Source: Octopus sinensis
Lineage: Eukaryota
Direction: 5' to 3'
DNA length: 64,000 nt
Assembly: GCF_006345805.1 (NCBI RefSeq)
Contig: NC_042999.1
Coordinates: 110,298,001-110,362,000 of the forward strand
The position numbers were made by a program, and so were the translations under genes. The notes beneath the pieces were generated by a model that did no database searches, was not told the DNA's origin, and saw only the letters and a program-made list of their open reading frames with translations. This document shows, piece after piece, positions 13,671 to 24,929 of this stretch. Each line of letters opens with the position of its first letter. The first letter of the stretch is position 1.

Positions 13671-13684
13671 ATATATATATATAT

Positions 13685-13909
13685 AGGTGCAGGCATTGTT
13701 GTATGGGAAGAAGGTTGCTTCCCAACCACATGGTTCCAGGTTCAGTCCCACTGCATGGCACCTTGGATCAGTGTCTTCTACTATAGCCTTGGGCTGACCA
13801 AAGTCTTGTGAGTGGGCTTCGTAGACAGTAAGTTGAAGAAGCCCGTCATATATGTGTGTGTGTGTGTGCTTGTATGCATGTGTGTGTGTGTGTATATATA
13901 TGTGTGTAC

Positions 13910-13948
<39 letters not shown>

Positions 13949-14176
13949 TATTTGTGTTCGTACCTTGCCAACACTTGACAACTTGTGTTGATGCGTCAAC
14001 CCCCCCGTAACCTAACGGTTTGGCTAAAGAAACGGGTAGAATAAGTACCAGGCTTAAATAAATAAATAAAAACTAAATAAATAAAAACTAGGATCGATTC
14101 ATTCAATTAAAATTATTGAAGCTGGTGCCCCAGCATGGCCACAGTCTGATGACTGAAACAAGTAAAAGAGTAAAAG
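13685..14176 (+). mobile_element. Full-length family A SINE with internal (TG)n
   Basis: tRNA-like head, ACCTTGG CORE-like motif, internal microsatellite, GACTGAAACAAGTAAAAGAG tail. Confidence 0.85.
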
Positions 14177-14422
14177 ATTAACGATATGAACCCTTATGTT
14201 TTATTATAGTTGTTTGCATGGATAAATTGTATTTGTAGGGATAAATGTGTGCATAGAAGCTGGCTAACTATCTTTCTATTTATTTATCTATCCACCTTTT
14301 TCTTTGTCTTGCTACTTATGAGGTGTTGCAAGAATTTCAATATTTGTGTGTGTGTTTGTATGTGTTTGTGTGTGCACTTGCTAAATATGCAAATGCACAC
14401 ATGAACATGCATAGAAATATAG

Positions 14423-14466
<44 letters not shown>

Positions 14467-14589
14467 GTGTGTGTGTGTGTGTGTGAAGACTTACATAAAT
14501 ATGCAAATTTAGAGTTAAATGGTTATAAAGATGTAGTAAAGCAACTTCAATCATAATTCAGAAATTTCTTGTTAAAAAAAACAGAAGCA

Positions 14590-15025
14590 AAAATCAATGG
14601 TAACACCACCACCACCACCACCGCAGCTGCCGCCACCACCACCGCCGCCGCCACTGCCGCCACCACCACCGCCGCCGCCGCCACTACCATCAGCACCAGC
14701 ACCACCGCCGCTGCCGCCGCAACCGCCAGGGCCACCACTACCACCACCACCACTACCGCCGCCACTACCATCACCACCAGCACCAACACCACCGCCGCCA
14801 CCACCGCTGCCGCCACCATCACCGCCGCTGCTGCCACCACCACCGCTGCCGCCACCACCACCACCGCCACCGCCACCACCACCACCACCAACATCACTGC
14901 CGCTGCCACTACAAACACCACCACCACCACCACCACCACCACCGCCGCTGCCACTACCATCATTACCAGCACCACCGCCACTGCCGCCGCCACCACCACC
15001 ACCACCACCATCACCGACAACAACA
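14590..15025. repeat. Compound (ACC)n/(GCC)n trinucleotide repeat
   Basis: Directly visible; yields poly-T/A, poly-P, poly-V and poly-G ORFs in several frames. Confidence 0.9.
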
Positions 15026-15396
15026 ACAAGACATTTATACACATGCACACACACACTCAAATACACACACATGCCTTTCATGTATTTTGCCTTTTATTTG
15101 TTTCAGTCATTGAACTGTGGCCATGCTGTGGCACTGCCTTGAGCGGGGTTTAGTCAAACAAATATGAACCCCAATACTCTTATATATATATATATCTTTA
15201 AAGTCTGGCCCTTATTCCATCGAACATTTTTTTTTGCCAGACTGCTAGGTTACAGAGCCATAAAAAAAACCAACACCATTTGTCAAGCAGTAGTTGTGCG
15301 AACGAACATGAAAATGGACATACACATACATTATGTGTGTATATATATATATATGTAAATATATGTGTGTCTGTGTGCGCATGAATGTGTATATGT

Positions 15397-15454
<58 letters not shown>

Positions 15455-15514
15455 ATATTATAATATATATATATACATTATATATATATGTATATAAGCA
15501 TATATATATATATA

Positions 15515-15735
15515 TCATCATCATCATCATCATCGATTAACGTCGTTTTCCGCGCTAGCATGGGTTGGACGGTTTCGACTGGGGTCTGGGGAGCTAGGGA
15601 CTGCCCCAGGCTCCAGTCTGGTCTGGCAGTGTTTCTACAGCTGGACTCCGCGAGTGTAGTGGGTGCCTTTTACGTGCCCCCTGCACAGGTGCCAGAGGGG
15701 TCTGGCATAGGCCACGTTCGGATGGTGCTTTTTAT
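15515..15735 (-). mobile_element. SINE-like retroposon, family C
   Basis: (CAT)n tail and family C body. Confidence 0.8.
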
Positions 15736-15839
15736 GTGGGGGGGTGGGGGTGCCGAAATTTAGGGGAGCACCAGTGGGGAGGGGTGGTTCAGAGAAATGA
15801 TGACAGGTTCTATGCATATATATATATATATATATATGC

Positions 15840-15875
<36 letters not shown>

Positions 15876-16406
15876 GTATATATATGTATGCATGTATGTG
15901 TATATGTCTATATGTTTTATAATTCTCCTTTATGGTTTAACATTGCAGCTAACTGTTTATATCAATTATTATGTGCGTATGTGTGTGTGCTCGCATGCCT
16001 GTGCATGTGCGTGTGCATGATGGGATTTTAACACAGATTCCCTATATTGAATTCCTTCTTAATTCTTTGAGTGGTGCAAAGTCATAGCAGGAGACACTTG
16101 CCCAAAGCACCATTCAGTTGGACTGAACCCAGAGCCATGTGGTTTGAAAACGAACGTCTTACCACGCAGCCATAGGAATGTGTATGTGAGTGAAAATCTT
16201 TTACTCCCAACTTCAGCTTCATCAACAAAATCCAACCAATGCTTAAAAAAAAGCAATATTCATAAACAATAAAACAAATAAAAAAAAACATCAAAAAACA
16301 AAAAGGAAACAACAAGCGTATCTTAATCAAATAAAGAATTAAGATAAATAGATATACAACAAATGATTTTAATAAAACACATATATATATATATATATAT
16401 ATGTAT

Positions 16407-16532
<126 letters not shown>

Positions 16533-16776
16533 GTATATATATATAAAATAAAATATATATATATATTATATAAATGTATGTATGTATATATATAGGTATG
16601 TATATAATCTATTTTGCTGGAGAAAAGTTGTGTAAACATTAGTATAAATGACTGGTCCTATCAACTTACTCTGTTAGATGGTCTGGAACAATGGCACCTC
16701 ACCAGACAGCAAAGTATTTCAATGGGAAAAGATTATTTTCAAACGTATCACTCACTTGTGTAAGAATTGTTCAAAA

Positions 16777-16876
16777 NNNNNNNNNNNNNNNNNNNNNNNN
16801 NNNNNNNNNNNNNNNNNNNNNNNNNNNNNNNNNNNNNNNNNNNNNNNNNNNNNNNNNNNNNNNNNNNNNNNNNNNN
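16777..16876. other. Assembly gap (100 N)
   Basis: Run of N. Confidence 1.
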
Positions 16877-16897
16877 TGTTGTATGTATATATATATA

Positions 16898-16948
<51 letters not shown>

Positions 16949-17049
16949 TATATACATATATATATACATATATATATACATATATATATACATATATATA
17001 AACACACACACCCCTACATCCGCACGTTGTTGTGTTTTCATATTTGGAT

Positions 17050-17099
<50 letters not shown>

Positions 17100-17464
17100 A
17101 AATTATATGTGCATATATAAAAGTATTCATATGTTGTATGTATATATATATTTGTATTTATGTACTATTTTTGTGTGTGTAATCCACAGATGAGGCAAAG
17201 TATTTCTTATGCAAAGCCAGAAATCTGGGATCTGGAATTATTCAATGATTTTTTACTAGTGTATTTTGTCTCTTTGTCTTCTCTCCTCGTGCTGTATGAA
17301 CATTTAATGTGGTTTTAGAGTCACGTTTTGGCTGCTATATCTAGCATGGTGGTATCTTTCTGATACTCTTAATTATAATTTCAATAATAATTATTACCTA
17401 TGAGGTTTTTATTCCCATGCTAGCCACTTGATATGATTGGCATTTTAAATAACGATCTTATCCT

Positions 17465-17500
<36 letters not shown>

Positions 17501-17503
<3 letters not shown>

Positions 17504-17986
17504 GAAAATATACACATACTTACATACACACACACACATATATCTATTTAACTGTCTGTCTATATTGTTACTGGTATACATATATGTATTTATGTTACTG
17601 ATATGCACATATGTATTTATATTTGTCTGTGTGTGAGTGTGTGTGCATGTGTGATCTTGTGGGCTTGGATGTATGTCTGTGTTAGTGGGACAAAGATCAC
17701 TCAGTGTTTGTTGGAAACTTTATTTACGCATATATATATATATGTGTGAACACACGCATATATTTGAATACTTATGCATAAATGTATGTGTGTTGTGAAT
17801 GTGTAAGTTTGTGTGTGTGTGTTGGTGTGCATGTTAACATAGCATTTTTTCTAAGCTGTTCAGTCACAATGATGTTTCTCTGAATATCATCTTATATGTT
17901 TTCATTCCTTTGACCAAGAGAAGAATAGGTAAAGTAAGTCTGGTGTATATAATAAATTGTTTTCTCCTCATACGTACACCGGAAAG

Positions 17987-18026
<40 letters not shown>

Positions 18027-18518
18027 AAAATATACACATACTTACATACACACACACACATATATCTATTTAACTGTCTGTCTATATTGTTACTGGTATA
18101 CATATATGTATTTATGTTACTGATATGCACATATGTATTAATATTTGCGTGTGTGAGTGTGTGTGCATGTGTGATCTTGTGGGCTTGGATGTATGTCTGT
18201 GTTAGTGGGACAAAGATCACTCAGTGTTTGTTGGAAACTTTATTTACGCATATATATATATATGTGTGAACACACGCATATATTTGAATATTTATGCATA
18301 AATGTATGTGTGTTGTGAATGTGTAAGTTTGTGTGTGTGTGTTGGTGTGCATGTTAACATAGCATTTTTTCTAAGCTGTTCAGTCACAATGATGTTTCTC
18401 TGAATATCATCTTATATGTTTTCATTCCTTTGACCAAGAGAAGAATAGGTAAAGTAAGCCTGGTGTATATAATAAATTGTTTTCTCCTCATAAGTACACT
18501 GGAAAGTATGTATATATA
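17501..18518. repeat. Direct tandem duplication of ~520 bp (17501 and 18023 starts)
   Basis: TTTGAAAATATACACATAC...GGAAAGTATGTATATATA occurs twice with a handful of differences; breakpoints lie in (TA)n. Confidence 0.9.
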
Positions 18519-18683
18519 GTAACGTATTTTTGCCATTTCAATATGGCTAACCCCTAAGGGTGGATGCTACTGTAGTTTTTAGCCCCAGGAGGACACACTC
18601 CTCCAGCTGGCCATAGACACACTTTCTGTGTCCTGTCAGTATTTGCAAAGGGAAGTCATCCTTCCCGTCTTCAACTTATGATA

Positions 18684-18728
18684 CACACGGACTTGAGTTT
18701 CAAGGTATTGACCTCTCCTCAGCGTGTG
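18684..18728 (-). ncRNA. Type I hammerhead ribozyme, mutated copy
   Basis: CACACG-CTGAGGA-GAGG-TCAATA-CCTT-GAAA-CTCAAG-TC-CGTGTG; two CpG transitions affect the stem II base pair and the stem III palindrome. Confidence 0.75.
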
Positions 18729-19035
18729 ACAATCATAGTTGTCGGCGAGAATTAGATCTCCTTCACAAATACTTATACTTTTTCCAGCGTCCACTGTCGC
18801 TGATATTGAAAAAGTGAAATCAAACAATGATAAATATCAAAGTGAGTTATATACAGTAGCGGTAACACATCGTAACGTATTTTTGCCATTTCAATATGGC
18901 TAACCCCTAAGGGTGGATGCTACTGTAGTTTTTAGCCCCAGGAGGACACACTCCTCCAGCTGGCCATAGACACACTTTCTGTGTCCTGTCAGTATTTGCA
19001 AAGGGAAGTCATCCTCCCGTCTTCAACTTATGATA

Positions 19036-19080
19036 CACACGGACTCGAGTTTCGAGGTATTGACCTCTCGTCAGCGTGTG
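19036..19080 (-). ncRNA. Type I hammerhead ribozyme, canonical
   Basis: CACACG-CTGACGA-GAGG-TCAATA-CCTC-GAAA-CTCGAG-TC-CGTGTG: complete core, three stems, GUC cleavage triplet. Confidence 0.93.
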
Positions 19081-19541
19081 ACAATCATAGTTGTCGGCGA
19101 GAATTAGATCTCCTTCACAAATACTTATACTTTTTCCAGCGTCCACTGTCGCTGATATTGAAAAAGTGAAATCAAACAATGATAAATATCAAAGTGAGTT
19201 ATATACAGTAGCGGTAACACATCGTAACGTATTTTTGCCATTTCAATATGGCTAACCCCTAGGGTGGATGCTACTGTAGTTTTTAGCCCCAGGAGGACAC
19301 ACTCCTCCAGCTGGCCATAGACACACTTTCTGTGTCCTGTCAGTATTTAGCATCCACCCTTAGGGGTTAGCCATATTGAAATGGCAAAAATACGTTACGA
19401 TGTGTTACCGCTACTGTATATAACTCACTTTGATATTTATCATTGTTTGATTTCACTTTTTCAATATCAGCGACAGTGGACGCTGGAAAAAGTATAAGTA
19501 TTTGTGAAGGAGATCTAATTCTCGCCGACAACTATGATTGT

Positions 19542-19587
19542 CACACGCTGACGAGAGGTCAATACCTCGAAACTCGAGTCCGTGGTG
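19542..19587 (+). ncRNA. Type I hammerhead ribozyme (1-nt insertion in the 3' strand of stem I)
   Basis: Same core as 19036-19080; 3' stem I reads CGTGGTG. Confidence 0.88.
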
Positions 19588-19897
19588 TATCATAAGTTGA
19601 AGACGGGAAGGATGACTTCCCTTTGCAAATACTGACAGGACACAGAAAGTGTGTCTATGGCCAGCTGGAGGAGTGTGTCCTCCTGGGGCTAAAAAACTAC
19701 AGTAGCATCCATCCTTAGGGGTTAGCCATATTGGAAATGGCAAAAATACGTTACGATGTGTTACCGCTACTGTATATAACTCACTTTGATATTTATCATT
19801 GTTTGATTTCACTTTTTCAATATCAGCGACAGTGGACGCTGGAAAAAGTATAAGTATTTGTGAAGGAGATCTAATTCTCGCCGACAACTATGATTGT

Positions 19898-19945
19898 CAC
19901 ACGCTGACGAGAGGTCAATACCTCGAAACTCGAGTCGTCCGTGTG
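19898..19945 (+). ncRNA. Type I hammerhead ribozyme with duplicated GTC at the cleavage site
   Basis: CACACG-CTGACGA-GAGG-TCAATA-CCTC-GAAA-CTCGAG-TC-GTC-CGTGTG. Confidence 0.8.
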
Positions 19946-20251
19946 TATCATAAGTTAGACGGGAAGGATGACTTCCCTTTGCAAATACTGACAGGACACA
20001 GAAAGTGTGTCTATGGCCAGCTGGAGGAGTGTGTCCTCCTGGGGCTAAAAACTACAGTAGCATCCACCCTTAGGGGTTAGCCATATTGAAATGGCAAAAA
20101 TACGTTACGATGTGTTACCGCTACTGTATATAACTCACTTTGATATTTAACATTGTTTGATTTCAGTTTTTCAATATCAGCGACAGTGGACGCTGGAAAA
20201 AGTATAAGTATTTGTGAAGGAGATCTAATTCTCGCCGACAACTATGATTGT

Positions 20252-20296
20252 CACACGCTGACGAGAGGTCAATACCTCGAAACTCGAGTCCGTGTG
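20252..20296 (+). ncRNA. Type I hammerhead ribozyme, canonical
   Basis: Perfect core. Stem I extends via AACTATGAT / ATCATAAGTT around a UGU/U internal loop (20239-20307). Confidence 0.93.
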
Positions 20297-20556
20297 TATC
20301 ATAAGTTGAAGACGGGAAGGATGACTTCCCTTTGCAAATACTGACAGGACACAGAAAGTGTGTCTATGGCCAGCTGGAGGAGTGTGTCCTCCTGGGGCTA
20401 AAAACTACAGTAGCATACACCCTTAGGGGTTAGCCATATTGAAATGGCAAAAATACATTACGATGTGTTACCGCTACTGAATATAACTCACTTTGATATT
20501 TATCATTGTTTGATTTCACTTTTTCAATATCACTCACTTTGATATTTATCATTATG

Positions 20557-20588
<32 letters not shown>

Positions 20589-21396
20589 TACATACATATA
20601 CTCACACAAATGCACACACACACATATAGAAATGTATATGTGTGTATTTGTATGTCTGTATATAAATACACACACACTCACACACACAAATATATATATA
20701 TATATATGTAGGCGCGGGCATGGCTGTGTGGTTAGGGAGCTTGCTTCCTAGCTACATGGTTTCGGGTTCAGTCCCACTGCGTGGCACTTTGGGTAGGTGT
20801 CTTCCGCTATAGCCCCGAGCTGACCGAAGCTTTATGATTGAATTCGGTAGGTGGAAGTTACTGCCGTGTGTGTATGTGTGCGTATAGCTGCTCAGTGCCT
20901 CTCCGAAAGAGAGAGAGGGATATATATATATATATAGAAATGCATATATATATACATAGAAATGCAAATATATATACATAGAAGTGCACATATATATGTG
21001 TTGATATATACTTATATATATATATAAATACACATACACTCACACACACGTATATATGATAAATCCAGGTGAGTCCGGTTGATGTATACTTTTGCGGCAA
21101 ACACTCATGTTATCAGGTTAATGTTAAAATATTTACAAATACCCGTCCATCCACCCACCTATATACACACACTCTCACACACATACGCACACACACACAT
21201 GCACATACACACACACACACACGTACACACTCAAAAACTTCTGTGTGTCTCTCCCTCTCTCTTTCTCTTTATTGTGCAGTTCATATTCGAAGTCTTGGTG
21301 AAATGTTTTAAGACATAAATGGTCATAGGGAACCTGTCCTACGTAATGATAATGATATTCATTCAAGTATATACATATATATACATATACGAATAT

Positions 21397-21442
<46 letters not shown>

Positions 21443-22024
21443 CTATATGTTTGTATATGTATATATATATGTGTATATATGTGTGTGTATGTATGTATGT
21501 ATGTATGTATACATATATATATGTATACAGATATGTATATATATATATATATATACATTATATATATGTATATGTATGTGTGTGTGTAAGTGTATGTGGG
21601 GGTGTGTATGTCTGTGTCTGTGTGTATTGACATCATTATCATCATTAATTTAATTTTCAGATTTACACGCTTACATGCATCAGTTGAATATTCTTGGGAC
21701 ATGTTTCCTATGGGCATTTAATTATGGCTTGAAACATTTCGCCAAGATTTCAAATATGAACTGCTCAATGAACAGAAAGAGAAAGAGAGAGGAAGAGACT
21801 GAGAGGGAGAGAGAGATAGACAGACAGAGACAGACAGAGAGATAAGTATGTGCATATGTGTGTTTGTGTGTGTGTATATGGATGTGTGTGTATTTGTCTG
21901 TTTGTGTGTAAATAACTAACTTATCCTTCTACTCACAAAGCTTTATGCTTCCAAAGAGACACTTGCTCAAGGTGTGCACAGTAGGTTGGGACCCATAAAC
22001 ACAAGAATTTGCAGCAAAATTTAT

Positions 22025-22342
22025 AGGAATGGCTGTGTGGTATGTAGCTTGTTTACCATCCACAGGGTTCTGGGTTCAGTCCCACTGTGTGGCACCTTGG
22101 GCAAGTGTCTTCTACTATAGCCTCAGGCCGACCAAAGCCTTGTGAGTGGATTTGGTAGACGGAAACTGAAAGAAGCCTGTCGTATATATATATATATGCG
22201 TGTGTGCATGTATGTTTGTGTGTCTGTGTCTGTCCCCCTAGCATTGCTTGACAACCGATGCTGATGTGTTTATGTCCCCGTTACTTAGCGGTTCGGCAAC
22301 AGAGACCGATAGAATAAGTACTGGGCTTACAAAAGAATAAGT
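22025..22342 (+). mobile_element. Family A SINE whose 3' tail is found inverted at 22410-22484
   Basis: Body ends at AAAGAATAAGT; the expected continuation appears as reverse complement just downstream. Confidence 0.8.
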
Positions 22343-22916
22343 GGTATAAACAATGCAATCTTTTCCTCAGGAAAGTGAAAAAAACGAAACTCGTCAATAA
22401 GACATTTTACTTGTTTCAGTTATTTGACTGCGGCCATGCTGGAGCACCACCTTTAGTCAAGCAAATTGACTCCGGGACTTATTCAATAAGACATTTTAGC
22501 AAAATTTTTGCTAAAATGTCTTATTGACGAGTTTCATTTTTTTCACTTTCCTGAGGAGAAGATTGCATTGTTTATACCATTTATTCTTTTGAATAGTATC
22601 AGTGGAATTTTCAAAACATGTGACGAAAGTAAAAATATTTGATTACACCTGCGTTAAACTCCATTTATTTATTCATATATTATTCAAAATATTCAACGTA
22701 AACACGAAGTTTCTACCTTTATAAACAAGGAGTTACAACACCTTTACTTGTGAGATTTTTGCTGCCCTGGTAACTATTTTTTTTTTTTTTCCGTGTTAAT
22801 TGTTAACAAGGTAAAAATACACTCATCTATATATATAATATATATATATATGGATAGATAGAATGATATACATACACACGTGCATATACATATGTGTATA
22901 TGTATATATGTATATA

Positions 22917-23129
22917 TGAGGGGTGCTAAAAAGTACTTGACTTCCAGAGTACCATGAAAAGCCTAGTTGGGGGCCCAACCGTCCAAGTTCTTTTACAGGG
23001 TTTAGAAAAACTGAAGGACTTTTGCAATAAGTGTGTGAATCTGAGAGGGGAATATTTTGAATAAAATCATAATTAACTGATCTTCCCGTATTTCCTTTCA
23101 CTCAAGCCAGGAACTTTTCAGCACCCCAC

Positions 23130-23130
<1 letters not shown>
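22917..23130 (+). mobile_element. Mariner-derived MITE
   Basis: TA-TGAGGGGTGCTAAAAAGT ... ACTTTTCAGCACCCC-ACT-TA inverted ends. Internal KCVNLRGEYFE* matches the mariner transposase C-terminus. Confidence 0.8.
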
Positions 23131-23172
<42 letters not shown>

Positions 23173-23654
23173 TATATATATATATATAGATATAGATAGA
23201 TAGAAACATAGATATATATGTACATATATATATAAATACATATGTATAAATGCATATGTGCACACAAGAACTCACACACAAACATATATATGTGTGTGTA
23301 TGTGTGTGTGTGTGTGTGTGTGTGCATGCGTGCGTGCATGTGTGAGTGTGTGTGTGTGTGTGTGCATGTGTGTGCATGTACGTGTCTTTCTGTTAAAATT
23401 AGATTAGTTTCACATGACAGAACAGTTGTACATAACTCATTATTATGTAGCGTCAAATATCTTCAATTCTAACAACTTTCCTAAACTACTTACTTTTCTC
23501 CTTCCATTGCCACCCATTTACCTACCCAAATACCTACTTACCTATCTAGCTACATGGCTACCTATCCATATTTTGTCTGTCTATCTACAATCTGTCTATC
23601 TATCTATCTATCTATCTATCTTACCAGTTGTGTGTGTGTGCATATATATGTATG

Positions 23655-23692
<38 letters not shown>

Positions 23693-23717
23693 TATATATA
23701 TATACATACATATATTA

Positions 23718-23755
<38 letters not shown>

Positions 23756-23810
23756 CATACATATATATGTATATTATAATATATAATATAATATACATAT
23801 ATATATATAT

Positions 23811-24224
23811 AGGTGTAGAAGTGGGTGTGTGGTAAGTAGCTTGCTTACCAACTACATGGTTCCGGGTTCAGTCCCACTGTATGGCACCTTGGGCAAGTTT
23901 CTTCTACTATAGCCTCTGGCCAAGCAAAGCCTTGTGAGTGGATTTGGTAGACGGAAACTGAAAGAAGCTCGTTGTATATATGTATATATATATAAGTATA
24001 TGTGTGTGTGTGTGTGTGTATGTTTGTCCCCCCCAACATCACTTGACAACCGATGCTGGTGTGTTTATGTCCCCGTAATGTAGTGGCTTGGCAAAAGAGA
24101 CCGATAGAATAGATACTAGGCTTATAAAGAATAAGTCCTGGGGTCGATTCGTTCGACTAAAGGTGGTGTTCTATGCTCCAGCATGGCCACAGTCAAACGA
24201 CTGAAACAAGTAAAGAGTAAAGAG
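23811..24224 (+). mobile_element. Full-length family A SINE
   Basis: Head, CORE-like motif, internal TA/TG repeat and tail all present. Confidence 0.85.
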
Positions 24225-24327
24225 TATATATGCAAACACACATACACACATGCACACACGTGCATATATATATATAGATGGATGGATGGATGGGTGGTTA
24301 GGTAGATAGCTGGATAGATATATATAT

Positions 24328-24846
24328 ACTAGCAGTATCGCCCGGCGTTGCTCGGGTTTGTAAGGGAAATAACTATATAAGCATTTTTAGAGAGTTACTT
24401 CCTTTATAGATGCCAATTCGGGCTTTCTTAGCCATTTTTGTTTTGGTGTCTTCAAGCCATGAAGTCGTTGTTCTAAAAGAACGCTGGTCTCCTTGACAAC
24501 GCATTACGACGTTGATTTCCTTAAACTCCCTTCCCCACAGCTTCACGAGGGAGGGAAGAAGGGGGAGAAGCAAACACAGGTGCAGGTGTTTGAGCGTGGA
24601 CACCAACTCTGCCGCCATCGACACACGAAAAATTATGCATTAAAATGGAATAAAAAATGATGTTAAATTATTTTTAAAATCGTAGACTCATCGTAGATGC
24701 GCGTTAATAGCCAGACGGGCTCGATATTAATCACGACTATAAGATACCCGAATTTGGTTAAACTGCACCGCACAATGTGGGAGGAGTTAGGAATCTAAAT
24801 CGTAGGAGACAGACACTCACACAACTACAGTTTTATATATATAGAT
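24328..24846 (+). mobile_element. Non-autonomous Helitron2/Helentron-like (DINE/HINE-type) element with a ~215-bp internal insert
   Basis: ACTAGCAGTATCGCCCGGCGTTGCTCGGG start with hairpin; ACAGACAC...TTTTATATATATAGAT end; second copy at 53166-53564 shares both ends. Confidence 0.7.

Positions 24847-24929
<83 letters not shown>

Larger units (their letters stand above)
18519..20553. mobile_element. Fold-back tandem array of ~352-355-bp hammerhead-containing units (putative non-LTR retrozyme)
   Basis: Unit starts at 18519, 18872 and 19224 in one orientation. Inversion at 19348, then 19348, 19703, 20058 and 20411 in the other. Both outer ends abut (TA)n. Confidence 0.9.

Noticed and set aside
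14547-15153. Four long overlapping ORFs (poly-T/A, poly-P, poly-V, poly-G)
   Set aside because: Translations of a compound ACC/GCC repeat, open in most frames, with no splice or homology support
18636-20344. Repeated ORFs MFDFTFSISATVDAGK... and HGLEFRGIDLSSACDNH... in the array units
   Set aside because: Short, broken by indels between copies, no recognisable domain; conservation is better explained by RNA structure
18519-20553. CRISPR-like or simple satellite interpretation of the array
   Set aside because: No unique spacers, eukaryotic context, and units carry a complete ribozyme
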